A stretch of 64,000 bases of DNA. It comes from Sphyrna mokarran (taxonomy: Eukaryota). The DNA lies in the NCBI GenBank assembly GCA_024679065.1, contig JAGIQG010000005.1, forward strand, positions 85,374,001 to 85,438,000, read 5' to 3'. Position 1 is the first letter of the stretch. Each line of letters starts with the position of its first letter. Positions 12,240 through 24,560 of the stretch are shown here, piece by piece. Position numbers and translations under genes: made by a program. The notes below the pieces were generated by a model. It was given only the letters and a program-made list of their open reading frames with translations, made no database searches and was not told where the DNA came from.

Positions 12240-14835
12240 GTGACATCGAGCTGTTCATCAGTGCTCATCACCTTTTAACCAAGGAGATGATGCCATCACT
12301 TTAGTGGAATGAGGCCAACATTGCAAGGACAGCATCTGCAATGAAGAACCTGGTGCAGGATGAGCACTCCACGGTGGGAGATATCTGCACCATATCTCAG
12401 CTTGTGACCTCCACGTCAGTGGACTTTTGCTCCATAGTGCTAGACGTCGATTGCGTGGTGCAGGCATTAGTGGATATCCATGAGTGTCAGCGCCAGAGGA
12501 CAGTGGTGCTTCTGGATCTTACTCCAGCTACTCCTCCATCCCATAGAGCACAGTGGTCCCCGGAACCCAAAGGAAAGAGGATTGGCAGAAGTACAGCCTG
12601 GGCCTCTCCAGCTAGATACCTGGACATTGCCAATCCATCTGATACTTTCCCCTCCACCCTGTGAGGGACACTCCTTCAAACCCTGACACAAAGGAGGGCA
12701 GCAATTAAACATCTGTGCTGCCTGAAAGAAGGCTTGGATCCTCCAGATACCATCCCCGCATCGCACAGATACCAAGGCTACCTCAGGCAATAGGATAAAA
12801 GACATTTGGGACCTTATTTGTGTGTGATTGACTGGGAGATGCTGCACAGAATGCCTGTGCTGTCCTGGAATGAAACTTTTGCATAGAATTTCAGGGTGGC
12901 TGAGAATGTAAGGGCCACAGGCAGTGGGTGTCCTCTCATTCCATGTTATGCCAGTTCATGCAGGGTCTGGTAGAAGTGGCCCAGGACAGGTACAATCTTC
13001 TACAACACTGACATCTGCAAATGCAATGACTGACTTTGGAAAACTCTCCACTGATAGCGAGTCATCTGCAGTGCTGCATCTAAAATAAAGAGAGGCTAGG
13101 CTCCTCTGTAGGGTGCTGGTCCTGGACAGATGCCATGGCATGTTGGTGTCTCTGCTGTTATGACAAGAAGTAGATTAGGCAACTAGACAGACTCCGTGAT
13201 CCCCTGGACCATGCATTGTAAAGAAAATATCACAGTAAGCCCGAAGAATTTGTGAGAGAGTCCAGACCCTCATTCTCCAATCTTAGTTAGAGGGCAGTCG
13301 GGTGGCTGTGTTTCCCTTCATGCAGCTTCAAGCACCTTGCACTTTGGGGGAGGATGACTGCAGTGCAACTGGAACCCACACTCAGGCAGTGGTGTGAGGA
13401 CAAAGGGGAGAGGCTACCCAGAAGTCCAAAATCAATTGTTGGGGTGCTTCAGTGTAACGGCAAATCTCAATGGGTCACAGAGCTGCTCAGCTCTCCACCT
13501 CTTATGATCATGAAGAAACAGAGTGCCATTTGGGAATTGGCTGGACATGCTAATTGCTGGCTTCACGATTTAGCTATGCTTCATCTGCCACAAAAGACAG
13601 ACGTGGCTGTACGGGGACCCCAACCATTCCCCACTGATGAAGTGATTAAGCCATTAAATGGGTTGCAGCCAAACAGCATAGCCATTTAGTGGAGGCTAAC
13701 TTTGCAAGCCAATGTCCAAGCTCCCAATCCCAGGAAGGTGGTAACATCACACATATAACACTGATGCCTCCTATATCTATCATCACACACCCCAATCGAG
13801 GTCATTACAGGATGCATTAACAAGGTCCCCCTTCAGAATGCAAATACTGGTTACATGCAGCCATCTGACTAACATGATGCCAGGTTTTTTGAAGGGGCTT
13901 GGAGGCTAGAGGAATGCAGGTATTTAGTGTCACTGAGATCCTGGTAGGTCCATGTGCTACATCCTGTTGGAGTTGACAGGGATTAATGTGTGAAGGTGGG
14001 TCTGAGAGAAGGATGTGAGGGATAGTGTTGAGGAATCTACTGCATGTGACACAGTTGGGTGATAGTCCCAGAGGGATTGGAGGATGAATCCCGTACTCTG
14101 GCTGCCAGAGTGCTGACAGCCTCGCCTCTCATGGGTCCCCACCCAGGTAACTCACAGTCACCCAGAGCGTGAAATATTTTGGTTTGAAGCCCTTCCATCT
14201 TCTGGCCAGGCCCCACTAAGGGAGGGCACTCTCTGCTGTGATATGGAGAGGAAGCTAGGAAGGCAGACACCGAAAGATTGCCTGCACACCAGCCATCACA
14301 ACACCTCTAAAGCAAGAGGCATTCCAACATGAAGGGAAGATAAGGCCTAGTAGTAAACTCTGTGGACCACTTCTCCTGATATGGTGATTGTAGGGTCCCC
14401 ATCTTTGGCCCCAAGTTGCACTTCCCTGTGTCCCCAGGGTCCGCTCTGGTGCCCCAGTACAGTGAACACTCCAGAGGTTGATGACTGCCTGAGAACTCAC
14501 CCTGAACTCCTGAACTCCCCTCAGAGGAGAATGCGCCAGATTCTTGCTTATTAGAGCTGTTGTAAATGGTGCTGGCATGGCATTACAATGGCACCCATTG
14601 AATATTCGACGTGCGGGGGAAAGTCCCAAAGAGAATGCTGCTAATGATATGCTAATGTATTAAAATGAGCTTCCTGGGATCACATGGCATATTTCACGCT
14701 ACTCTGCTGGTGAAGGAGCTAGAAGATAGGGACTCAAAAACTTGCCAGCACAAATCACGCTTTCCAAGTCTACCCCAATTTTGTGAGTATTTCACCATCC
14801 CCATGGATAGTGAGTCTGACCTCAAAGTTGCCCCA
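12240..14835. mobile_element. GC-richer decayed DNA-transposon block, probably Harbinger-related
   Basis: Composition shift; subterminal atgctaatg...aatgag core resembles the element at 18670; only weak protein similarity visible. Confidence 0.35.
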
Positions 14836-15600
14836 CTAAGTTAAGACTGTCAGCAAAGATTTGACAGATGGAGTATTATTGGGTAAATATGAACTTGTCC
14901 ATTTGGCAAGAAGTATCAAAAAGCAATATATTGTTTAAATGCCTCAGTGTACCTAAAGAGGATGCAAACCCCTCCAAAGGAAAAGAGGACCCATTCTAGT
15001 TAATTAGTGAAACCTCCACAATGCTTTTTTTTTATATAAAATTAAGGAAGGAAAAAAGAAGAGATAAGAGAATAAAATAAGATTAAGGATCACAACACAA
15101 CAAAGTTAAAGCTTTGCTTTGTTTGATCTTCATAAGGGTGCCTAGATAACAGAGCCAGGGAATGAACTTGAGGACATGAGGAAATAATGGGTTTGGGGTT
15201 TGTATCCTCTTTCTCTTTCACATTGTCCAAGTCATCAACCCCATTTTCTAAAATAGGTTTTCAGAGACCCAGGATCTTCATAGGCAAGTCATCAGCATAT
15301 GCTAAGAACGTGGCTTTGTGTGAGAGAGATCTTTGATATGTGTTGAAGAGAACAGGAATGAGGGCTATGCTTGTGAAAACCCATTGTTCGTTATGTGTGG
15401 GCAGCTGACTTGATCTTCAAGGTCCACATGGAATTGTTGATTACTAATCATGGAATGAATTAGTTGTATGGTTTTCACAGTAGTTGATTTTGGGGTTTCT
15501 ACAGCATGCTTGTGTTGCATACTATATTGCCTGCACAGGACACATCAACGGAGGTTGTTCCTGTCTTTAGGCCAATCAGCTGTAGCAACATGTTTAAAGT

Positions 15601-15905
15601 TTAAGTTAAAAGTTTTATATATTAGCATTACGGGTCAGCTTATATTAACACTGCAATTGTTACTCTGAAAATCCTCTAGCTGCCATACTCTGGTGCCTAT
15701 TTGGGTACACTGAGCATGAATTTAGCATAGCCAAATCATTTAATCAGTCTTTCAGACTTTGGGAGGAAACCAAAGCACCCAGAGGAAAGCCTCACAGACA
15801 TAGGGAGAAGATGTAGACTCCGCACAGACAATGATTCGAGGCCGGAATTCAACCCGGGTCCCTGGCACTGTGAAACAGCAGTGCTAATCACTATGTCACC
15901 GTGCT
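15601..15905 (-). mobile_element. HE1-type V-SINE, alternative tail
   Basis: Reverse complement begins gcacggtgacatagtgattagcactgctgtttcacagtgccagggacccgggttgaattcc (A and B boxes), followed by the shared core. Confidence 0.85.
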
Positions 15906-16943
15906 ATCCCATACACCCACTTAATCTTTCAGGAGGAAAGATAGAAATCTTCGCATTCCCCTCCAGTTGAGGTAAGTGAAGATGTGTAAACTAATGCTGA
16001 GAAGAAGACAATCAAATCTGGACCGCTGGGCTCCCAGTTCAACCAGTAAAAAGCTGCTGGAAAGTAATACAATAATTTGAACAGTTCAATCTAATTGAGT
16101 ATACATAAAACAGTTGTTGGATTTAAGTAACTCATCTATTCAGTTCAAAAGGAACTGACAGAACATAAAATTAAACACACTTGTTTTAAGTGTCTGTGCT
16201 CACCCTCAAGTAAGTTACATTGGGAACACGATTCAGACTGCACTACAGGCAATAGTTGAAATTTTTAACCACAAAGTGCCTTTATTTTTGGGGCCAGGAT
16301 ATTTGTGATGGAGTAGGATTTCTGGCAGCTTACTCCCCCCAGACCCTATCAGAATTCCTTAAGTCACAGCATGGACATAAAATGGATAGGTGCCCGCAGT
16401 TTTTTCAGCATAACTTACTCCTGGAGCAGGGTTGCTTGCTGCGTTACCAGGAATGCCTGCTTCTCCAAACCTTATAGGAAACAAAGGCAACAGTTTCAAA
16501 GCCTCTTATTCCTTTAGCAAAGCTGAATATGATCACTTTCCTTGCACATACTGTTGCACCTACTAAGTCCAGCACTGGCATTTTGTAGCATTATTCTTAT
16601 ATTTGGTTGTTGAGTTGTAAGTATGCTTAATGTCTACTTGCCTATGAAGAATTTAAAATATAGATTGAAGAGATAAAGAACAGAACCCAATGTAATCAGG
16701 TTTCATCCACCTGCTATGTAGATAGTTCTTTATTGTAGAAAAAGCTGAGAAAATTTGTCCCTGTGCTTATTCAAGTTAAAGAGAACTCAGTAAAAAATAT
16801 CCAAAAGGTCTTCATATTCTCACTTTAACCCTTCTGTTTATCTACTGTTAACTGAATATTTGTGACAATCCACTTGTTGCATACTGACAAATATGAAAAT
16901 AAAATGATACACGGAATTTGCCAAGTTATTAAGAAGTTTTGTA

Positions 16944-16949
16944 TTTATT
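16944..16949 (-). terminator. Candidate APOB polyadenylation signal AATAAA (second candidate at 16729-16734)
   Basis: tttatt on the + strand, about 115 nt downstream of the stop codon. Confidence 0.55.
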
Positions 16950-17062
16950 TTCATTAGAAATGCTGACATAACAAGTGATTGTTCTTTTTTCATTCACAAA
17001 CATCAAATATTTTGCAAGCTACATAGTTTGATTCAGAACAATTTTAAATATTTAGACGAATA

Positions 17063-18526
17063 TTAAAATATTGATTTGTCATCCTTTGTTCTTTCTTCAT
17101 TCAGGGCCATTTCACTTTTTTGATAGCTCTCCACAATCTTTTTCCAGGCTACAGCTGTGCTTTTTTGAAGAATTTGCTGTCCCTTGGTATGTAACTGACT
17201 CAGTGTTCCTTCTTTCAATTGAGGCATATCATCAAATGATTCCCACTTTAGAGGATGAGGAATATCAAGTGTAAGCTGTCCAGGTTGCCTTTTCATAGAA
17301 AGCCCTGTTTCAACACTTAGTTTGATCGCAATCTGTTCCAGGAATCTAAACAGTTGTTCAGTAAATTTGCCCATGTTTTCAATAAACAGATTAACAGCAT
17401 ATACTCCTTGAGCAACCAACTTTTCATAGGGGTCATTTAGACTCAAGATAGCTTCATCTAATTTAGCTTTAACTGTCCGTTTATATGTAAATATTTGCTT
17501 CTTCATATCTACAAATGTAACATTCAAATTTTGTTTGATCATTTCAATATATTCAGGAATTGAATCTTTTCCAAACTCTTGAAAGTTAGTGTGCAAGTAT
17601 TTAAAATATTCATTAAAATATTCTGTAGAATTTTTAACAAATTTGATTACTTCATGCTTCAGATTATTGGCATTTGCAATATCAACATTAATTAATTCTT
17701 TAGACCAAGTCTCTATAGATGTTTTGAAGTCATTTAGATATTCACCATCAACATTATGCATGTTCGTTAAAACTTCAAGCATTTTTGTTAAAACTTGCTT
17801 CAGTGACCCAGTTAACTCAGAAAGTATTTCTAAGGCTTTAGCAGTTGCATCATTACCAGGGATCATATTCTGCTCCAACTCTTGGAGGTATTCGATCACA
17901 TTACTAAGGCTATCTTTTACAATAGTACTAAACTCTTTAAACAATTTTGTTGCATAATTTAAGGACATTGTGTATAACTCTTGCCCTGTATACTGGTCAT
18001 CAAATCCAGGGAGCTGAAATTTGGTGTCTTTTAAAAATTTGATTGCTGCATCAATTAACTCCTTCAACTTACTCTGATATTCTTGTGTCAATTTTGAAAT
18101 GCCATCTAATAATGTGGTGACCTCATTCTCAAAGTCTATTTCTGCTACTTTGTCTGTTGCCCTCTTGTACAATTCATTTGTTGCTTCTTTCACTTTTTGA
18201 TATTGTGAGGCAGTACCATCAAGTGTAGACTGGAGAAAATTCTCAACTTCCTTAATATGATAGCTTGCTTTTCTAAATGCTTTATCAACATTCTGTTTAA
18301 TCAAGTCTTTGCCTTTTGAGGGTACAGCATTCATTTCCATTCCAAGGTGTTCAGTGTGATACTTGTTTGCACATTTATAGATAGCTTGAATCATCTTGGG
18401 CACCCTCTCCTTCAGGCCATTCGCCATATCTGCAGCTATGTCATTTCTCCAGTTGAACTGCATATGAATGTTTCCAGGGTTCTCCAGTGAAATTTTATGA
18501 TCCAAAATTATGATTTCAGAAGATTT
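17063..18526 (-). CDS. APOB: APOB terminal exon 29 equivalent, coding part (487 aa plus TAA)
   Basis: Acceptor ttttcttttcacag|; NW...GLKERVPK...NKYHTEHLG and KFQLPG-x4-YTGQELY motifs of the ApoB C-terminal region; stop at 17063-17065. Confidence 0.95.
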   Translation of the reverse strand, partial: KSSEIIILDHKISLENPGNIHMQFNWRNDIAADMANGLKERVPKMIQAIYKCANKYHTEHLGMEMNAVPSKGKDLIKQNVDKAFRKASYHIKEVENFLQSTLDGTASQYQKVKEATNELYKRATDKVAEIDFENEVTTLLDGISKLTQEYQSKLKELIDAAIKFLKDTKFQLPGFDDQYTGQELYTMSLNYATKLFKEFSTIVKDSLSNVIEYLQELEQNMIPGNDATAKALEILSELTGSLKQVLTKMLEVLTNMHNVDGEYLNDFKTSIETWSKELINVDIANANNLKHEVIKFVKNSTEYFNEYFKYLHTNFQEFGKDSIPEYIEMIKQNLNVTFVDMKKQIFTYKRTVKAKLDEAILSLNDPYEKLVAQGVYAVNLFIENMGKFTEQLFRFLEQIAIKLSVETGLSMKRQPGQLTLDIPHPLKWESFDDMPQLKEGTLSQLHTKGQQILQKSTAVAWKKIVESYQKSEMALNEERTKDDKSIF

Positions 18527-19527
18527 CTGTGAAAAGAAAATGTATCTGCATTAATATTGCATTTAAAAATGGAGCGATAAGTCATTTGAAATAGCTTAGG
18601 AGTCACAGGTCAGAAAGATTGGTATTACATAACAACACAAGAACATCCTAACATTCACTGCTTTACACAGGGTGCAATTCTCCCATTCTGAAGGTGTTAG
18701 ACTTGGTGGCAAATGGGAGTGGAGAATCTAGTGGAAGCCAAAAAATTAGGAATACACTTGTATAAAAAATGATATGAAATTCTCCCAACAGTGGATTAAT
18801 GGTGGTCCTGCAGCTGCCTAATGATGAGAATGGTATTTGCATTCATTTATATTCTATGAATGCCCATTAAAACAGCTGTTTGTCAAAAACTTTTCAGGTC
18901 TACCAATCTTGCATCACGCCAGTGGGAAATCACGTAGGTGTCAAAGCTGTTTTAAAAAAGAGTAACATGTACTCAAAGCTTTGGGCTGACTGCAACATAG
19001 TCTACCTGCCTTAACGCTGTGCCAGTCCTGTTGCGTTCAACAGCACTCTATTAGAGCAATACATTTATACCCTCCAGCTCCTTGCCATGCTATGGGACTC
19101 ATGGATCCACTACTCCAATAGACCAAAGTTCAATTGGGGTGGAAGGGTGAAGAGGAAGTGTGGAGGTAGCCAGGTGTGCAGGGGAAGGAGTGCAAGGGAT
19201 AGGAGGTGTATCTGACAGACAGTAGGGGAGTATTATGAGAAGAGGACTGTACAAGAGTTCATGGGGTGGGGAGCAAGTGTGAGAGCGCACAATTACAGGC
19301 AGATAAAGATGACGAACAATGGAAGGATAAGGGAAGGAAAGCTGGACCCTGACAAGGCTGCATGAAATATTCATAAACAAAGGAATCAAAGTGTTTACTG
19401 GTGGGCAATGCATGCAAAATGAGTGGAAGTCCACTCAGGACTTCAGCAGTTTTCAGATAATGGGCTGGGGCAGAGGGTAGGAATGGCCAATTTAACAAAG
19501 ACTGGATCCAGAATGTCTGCAGCGATC

Positions 19528-19775
19528 GTTGCTGGAGGATGAGAGCTATCACTTTAACAGTGGCTAATGACTCCAATGCATCAATCTCAGACTCGTGCCA
19601 AGAAGAGGTCCAAAGTTCCACACTCTCCCTCATGGAACAGGCCCAGAACTTTTGAAGTTGTGATTCTGATGCCTGAACTGCTCAGATGGCTCTCTGTAAC
19701 ACACAAAGAGGGTTTCCTGCATGATCACAGTTTGCTGTGCCCTTCACAATCTGATTAGACAAAGAGGTGAGCCCT
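19528..19775 (+). mobile_element. PIF/Harbinger (HARBI1-like DDE) transposase fossil within a larger decayed element (about 18670-21390)
   Basis: LLEDESY../QWLMTP...EQA..LKL*F*CLNCSDGSL*HTKRVSCMITVCCALHNLIRQRG matches the family pattern LLGDxGY..WLMTP..LKxRFRCLD-SGG-LQ..CC-LHN. Confidence 0.8.
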
Positions 19776-19914
19776 CCCCAAAAGGAATAGGGTTTGGACT
19801 GTGAGCAACATAATAAATGGGATAGGAGTGTTGTGAAACTGTCCATGAGAAAATTGTTATGATGCAAAGGAGGCCAATTGTGTCTGCATCGACTCTCTAA
19901 ATGACCAGTAAGAC

Positions 19915-20795
19915 TTAGTGTCATTCCCCTACCTTTTCCCATAACCCTGTACATTATTTCTGTCCTAATAGTCATCTAATGCTCTCTTTTATGCCTCTAT
20001 TGAACCTGCCTCCAATCAAACTTCCAGGCAATGCATTCCACACTTGAATCACTTGTGTGAAAAACACTTTTTTCACACCCATATTTGCTACTTTTGTAAA
20101 TCATTTTAAATGTGTGTCCTTTTGTTCTTGATCTTTTTACGAGTGAGAAAAGTTTCTCCACATCCAATCTATTCAACCCGCTCGTAATCTCTATCAAATC
20201 TCTTCTTAGTCTTCTACGTTCTATGGAGAATAGCCCCAACTTTTCCAATACATCCTCAGAATTGAAGTTTCTCACCATTGGAACCATCCATACATAACTC
20301 ATCTGCACACTCACTAATGCATTTGTATCCTTCCTATAGTGCGATGCTCAGAACTGTACACAATATTCCAGCTAATCAATGGCTTGTATAAATTCAGCAT
20401 AACCTTCTTGCTCTTATACTCAATGTTCCTATTAATAAAGCCCAGGGTACTTTATGCTTTATTAACTGCTCATTCCACCTTCCTGCCACCTAAAATTATA
20501 CATGCACATATCTCTCTTCTCCTGCAATCCCTTAAAAATTTACCTCTTAATTTATATTGTCTCTCCATGTTCTTCCTCTGAAATGCATCACCTCACATTT
20601 TTCTACATTGAACCTGCCACCTCTCTGCCCACTCCCCAACATTCCTATGTCCATTTGAAGTTCTATACCTATTCATAGTTTACAGTACTTCTAAGTTTTG
20701 TATCATCTGCAAACTTTGAAACTGTCTCCTGCATTCTAAGATCTAGATCATTGATATATATTAGGAAAAACAAGGGTTCCAATACTGACTCCCAG
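19915..20795 (-). mobile_element. CR1 LINE 3' fragment
   Basis: ORF 19997-20314 LEKLGLFSIERRRLRRDLIE...RTKGHTFK, typical CR1 ORF2 end. Confidence 0.85.
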
Positions 20796-21464
20796 TAAAA
20801 GAGAATTTGATAGCGGAGGGAGCTCAGAACGGATTCACCCTGATGAAGCAGATGAAATCATTCATCCATTTCCAGCATTGCTTGATTTTTCTGGCATAGT
20901 TACCATCACGCTGATCTCTCAGGTTGGAGTGGTGAAGTTGTTGTGCTTCCTGGAGTCATCCCTTAAGTAGAGACCTGCCTCTGTGCCCAGACTTTTGGAA
21001 TCAAGATCTCAAGGACATAATTGTGTCAGGGGACAAACCTCTTCTTCATTTTCTATCTCTGGGTTCGGACAGTCTGCATGATCATACAAAGGCTTGTGGG
21101 CTGGACAGAGTGATATGAGTATGCTGGATTGACATTTACATATGGTTCTGTATCTTTGAACCCAACAGATGGCAGCCAGACCCATCAGGTGATTCAGCGA
21201 GATGTTTGCTCATGCATAATTAACGAGGTTGCAAGCATGGAATTGGGCGTAGGTTCGCGCTATTCCAACCAATCAGAATGGCCCTGCCAGAAACACCCAC
21301 TACTGCACTTCGAGAGAAAAAAATGGAGAGTTCCTTCCACTGTACATGCAAGGTGTGTGGGTGGAAACATTGTGATTTCGAGGTCAATAATAACCTAAAC
21401 ATCTAGATATTTTGTTTTTGGCATTCAGTTCATGTTTATCACATATTAAAATAAAGTTACTTAC

Positions 21465-21648
21465 TGGCTCATGGATATATACTTTTCCATACATAACATT
21501 TCGTCCTATCTTTTTAACTGCCAATCCTAGGAATCCAACAGCTGGAGAAGAGACTGATGAAATAATTTCATGATTATGCTCCTGCCAACGAATTCTAAGG
21601 TTTGTGAAAGTTGGACTGATGACATCCACTGTCAAATGGCTTGTTAGA
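21465..21648 (-). CDS. APOB: APOB exon 28 equivalent (184 nt)
   Basis: Acceptor tttctctactag|, donor |gtaagt; HLTVDVISPTFTNLRIRWQ...ISSVSSPAVGFLGL (human HLNIKSPAFTDLHLRYQ...SAASPAVGTVG). Confidence 0.95.
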
Positions 21649-22294
21649 CTAGTAGAGAAATTTTTTAAAAAATAGTTATTTACTGTATAAGAAAATGACA
21701 TTTTCTATTAGCACAATAACATAATTCATATTTAAAGAGACAAAAGAAAATTTTATTTATGTGGTGGCAGATCACCACAAGTGGACCTTGGGTTCTATAA
21801 AGGCTGTGTGATCTATTGCACCAAATTAACACCTGAACAGTACAATGAAAAATTTGTCCACAAAATCATTTAAAGTGAGCACAGGCAAAATTGCTACAAA
21901 AACCATACTAAATGTATTGGGGAACAAATGTCTTATTAAGACTAAAATATCAAAAAATTGCAAATTATGACATCTGAAAAGACAAAAGAGAACTAGGACA
22001 TACCTATAGAGAACAGGAAAAACATATAGGAAGTACTGGATTAGAGGAGGATATATAGTCCATGGGGGCTGGGGGCAGGGGGGGATGGTGGTTTCTGCTC
22101 CTCCTTTTCCAGGGTGGGGGGGAGGATTGGCAGCAGGAACAGGAAATCGAGTCCCAAAAATGCAATTTATACCGGTTAGATTTCATGTACCAATCATCTC
22201 TGCCCCCTGCCAGTATTATAACTGGTCCACATTTCAATACATGTAAATGTAATTATCAAGCCTTTATGCCTGATAGTTCTCCCCCCCGCCATCC

Positions 22295-22627
22295 ATCCGT
22301 ATTAGATTGTCCATCTACATCAGTGTGAAGGCATACTGACATGAATCATGATAGGTATCCCTCAGAAAACACCTGATGAGCAGAACTTGCAAGAGGAGTT
22401 GAGGTGAGTGCTTGGCTCAGAGGGGAAGAAGGTCATGTTTGGGCATTACCAAGGGGCGGTGCTTGGGTACAGATCCAAGCATGACCTTTTCCCCTCTGAG
22501 CCAAGCACAGACCTGAACTCTTTTGGTGGGCTAGCTGGTTCTGCTCATTGTGTGCTCGCTGTGGGATATCTGTAATAATTCACAGTGGCATGTCTTCACA
22601 CTGATGTGGATAGACAATCTACGGGAT
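22295..22627. repeat. About 330-bp foldback (long imperfect palindrome), MITE-like
   Basis: 22303-22330 vs reverse complement of 22594-22621 match 26/28; 22408-22426 vs 22490-22508 match 19/19; centre near 22457. Confidence 0.9.
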
Positions 22628-23002
22628 ACCATTCTGAATGAGCACACCCCATCTCCTGGGATGATTTTTTTTCTAACTGCTTCACAATACAGTGAAGGAA
22701 GCTACCATGGGGGCCAGTGGATTCAAAGCCTTTTTTTGCCAACCTTCTGACACAAGTCAGGTTCTCAAAATATGAGAAAGTTCCATCCTCTGTAACCAAA
22801 TCTAAACTAACAAAAACAATAACTTTTCAAACCCTAAACTACTGTCTCTGCTGCATGACTTTCCAGTTCCAGCTAAAGAAAATCTTACCATTTTGCTTCA
22901 GTCTAAGAAGCAGGCGTTTGATACATCTAGGCAGAATTTCCTGTTTTTGCAAGAAACACAGTGCCATTGTAATACAGCACTCTTGATTTTCCTTTATACT
23001 GC

Positions 23003-23700
23003 AGTCATAGAGGTTTACAGCATGAAAACAGTCCCTTCAGTCCAACTTGTCCATGCTGCACTTCTTTTTTAATCACTAGTTTCAATTATCCACTTTGGCT
23101 CATATCCCTCGATACCAACTTACCCATGTAATTGTCCAAATGCTTTTTAAAAGACAAAATTGTATGTGCCTCTACCACTACCTCTCACAACTTGTTTCAG
23201 ATACTCACCATCTCCTGTTTGAAACAATTGTCCCTCTGGACCCTTTTGAATCTCTCCCCTCTCACCTTAAACTTATGCCCTCTAGTTTTAGAGTACCCTA
23301 CCTTTGGGAAAAGATGTTGACTATCTAAGTGATCTATGCCTGTCACTATTTTATAGACGTCTATATGATTACTCATAAGTCTCCTACGCTCCAGAGAAAA
23401 ATGTCCCAATATATCCAGCCTCTCCTCATAACTCAAATCACAAGTCCTGGTAGCAACCTATTAAATCTTTTTTGCACCATTCTTAGTTTAATAATATCCT
23501 TCCTATAATAGAGTGAAGAAGCTGTACACAGTATTCCAAGAGTGGCCTTACCAATATCTTGTATAACTTCAACAAGATGTCCCAACTCCTGTATTCAATG
23601 TTCTGACCAATGAAACCAAATATGTTGAATGCCTTCTTCATCACTTTCAAGAAGCCATTAACCCGTATCCCTAGATCACTTTGTTCTATAGCTTTTCCCA
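23003..23700 (-). mobile_element. CR1 LINE 3' fragment
   Basis: ORFs LYKILVRPLLEYCVQ and SYEERLDILGHFSLERRRL...KTRGHKFKVRG. Confidence 0.9.
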
Positions 23701-24055
23701 ACATCTTATTAGGAAAGGCTGTAGAGTCAGCAACAAATCAATTAACTTTCCATTCATGCTCCTGTTAAGCTGGAAGTTCTGTCCTAAACATGAAAAAGTC
23801 TCTTATTTTGGATTAATTAGTTGGATGTTAAGTCTTACACAAGTTTTCTACACAGCAGGGTAGGAATCTCATATATGTGACTGACGCTTCAATCTATCAT
23901 TGGTTCTCATTCAAACCAGCATTAGAATAAAATTTTAACCTTGACCAGAAAAGTTGTTTATCAAACAACTGGAAATTTTTTTGGGAATGAAGGAGAATTA
24001 AACATTCCGTCAGATAAGTTATCATCTATAAAGTTAATAAAAACATGCATCTTAC

Positions 24056-24170
24056 CCTGAATGCTGAAGAGTACAACTCTGCTGCCAGTCAATACTTAAG
24101 TCAGGATGGGAAAATGTATATTTTCCATTAAGATTGTAGGTATCAGTGGTGGTGCTTACGGTTGCACTTG
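24056..24170 (-). CDS. APOB: APOB exon 27 equivalent (115 nt), missing from the ORF track
   Basis: Acceptor ttttttacag|, donor |gtaaga; ASATVSTTTDTYNLNGKYTFSHPDLSIDWQQ; 115 nt as in recalled human exon 27; phases 1/2 fit. Confidence 0.92.
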
Positions 24171-24333
24171 CTGTAAAAAAGGAGAAAAAAAACTTTCAGA
24201 AATGCACTGAAAGTTGCATCCATTAATTTCAGTGCAAAATTCTTTTTAAAGAGTTATTATGAACACAATTATACTAAATAAATTATTATGATGCTGTACC
24301 AGTAATCTTCCATAACAGATACAACAGATGTTG

Positions 24334-24400
24334 TTTTAAATATGACATGCTTAAATAATTAATAATGTTTAAATATGACATGTTTACATAATAATGTTAA
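24334..24400. repeat. Short AT-rich tandem duplication (about 33-nt unit) in intron 26
   Basis: tttaaatatgacatg(c/t)tta(a/c)ataat occurs twice. Confidence 0.7.
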
Positions 24401-24560
24401 AAATTATTGAATTACGTTTTCTTGGAATAACCATGAAGTAATTGTAAAAAGTAATGTGTTGCTACAGAAAAAGGCACAAGGAGCAAAGTATACTTTAATG
24501 TGGCGATAATTAAATACGCAGGTTTTAGAAACACAAATATTTGCTATATTTTCAACTTAC

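Noticed and set aside
14940-15600. Possible second LTR (another candidate spans about 1655-3577 around the solo LTR)
   Set aside because: I could not establish termini or target-site duplications.
16300-16950. Equivalent of the human APOB 3' AT-rich minisatellite
   Set aside because: No tandem periodicity visible.
1-17000. Possible downstream vWD-domain exons or a second gene
   Set aside because: The APOB frame ends in TAA followed by AATAAA, and I saw no vWD-like or other recognisable coding sequence. Short exons could be missed by eye.
20839-20865. CTGATGA-AGCAGAT-GAAA as a hammerhead (a similar case lies on the minus strand at 43366-43384)
   Set aside because: No stem II can form between the two core motifs.
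24490-24560. Read-through of exon 26 into intron 26 (GKLKI-stop) with a downstream ATTAAA as a truncated isoform
   Set aside because: The donor is a consensus G|GTAAGT and ATTAAA is common in such AT-rich sequence; nothing supports it without transcript data.
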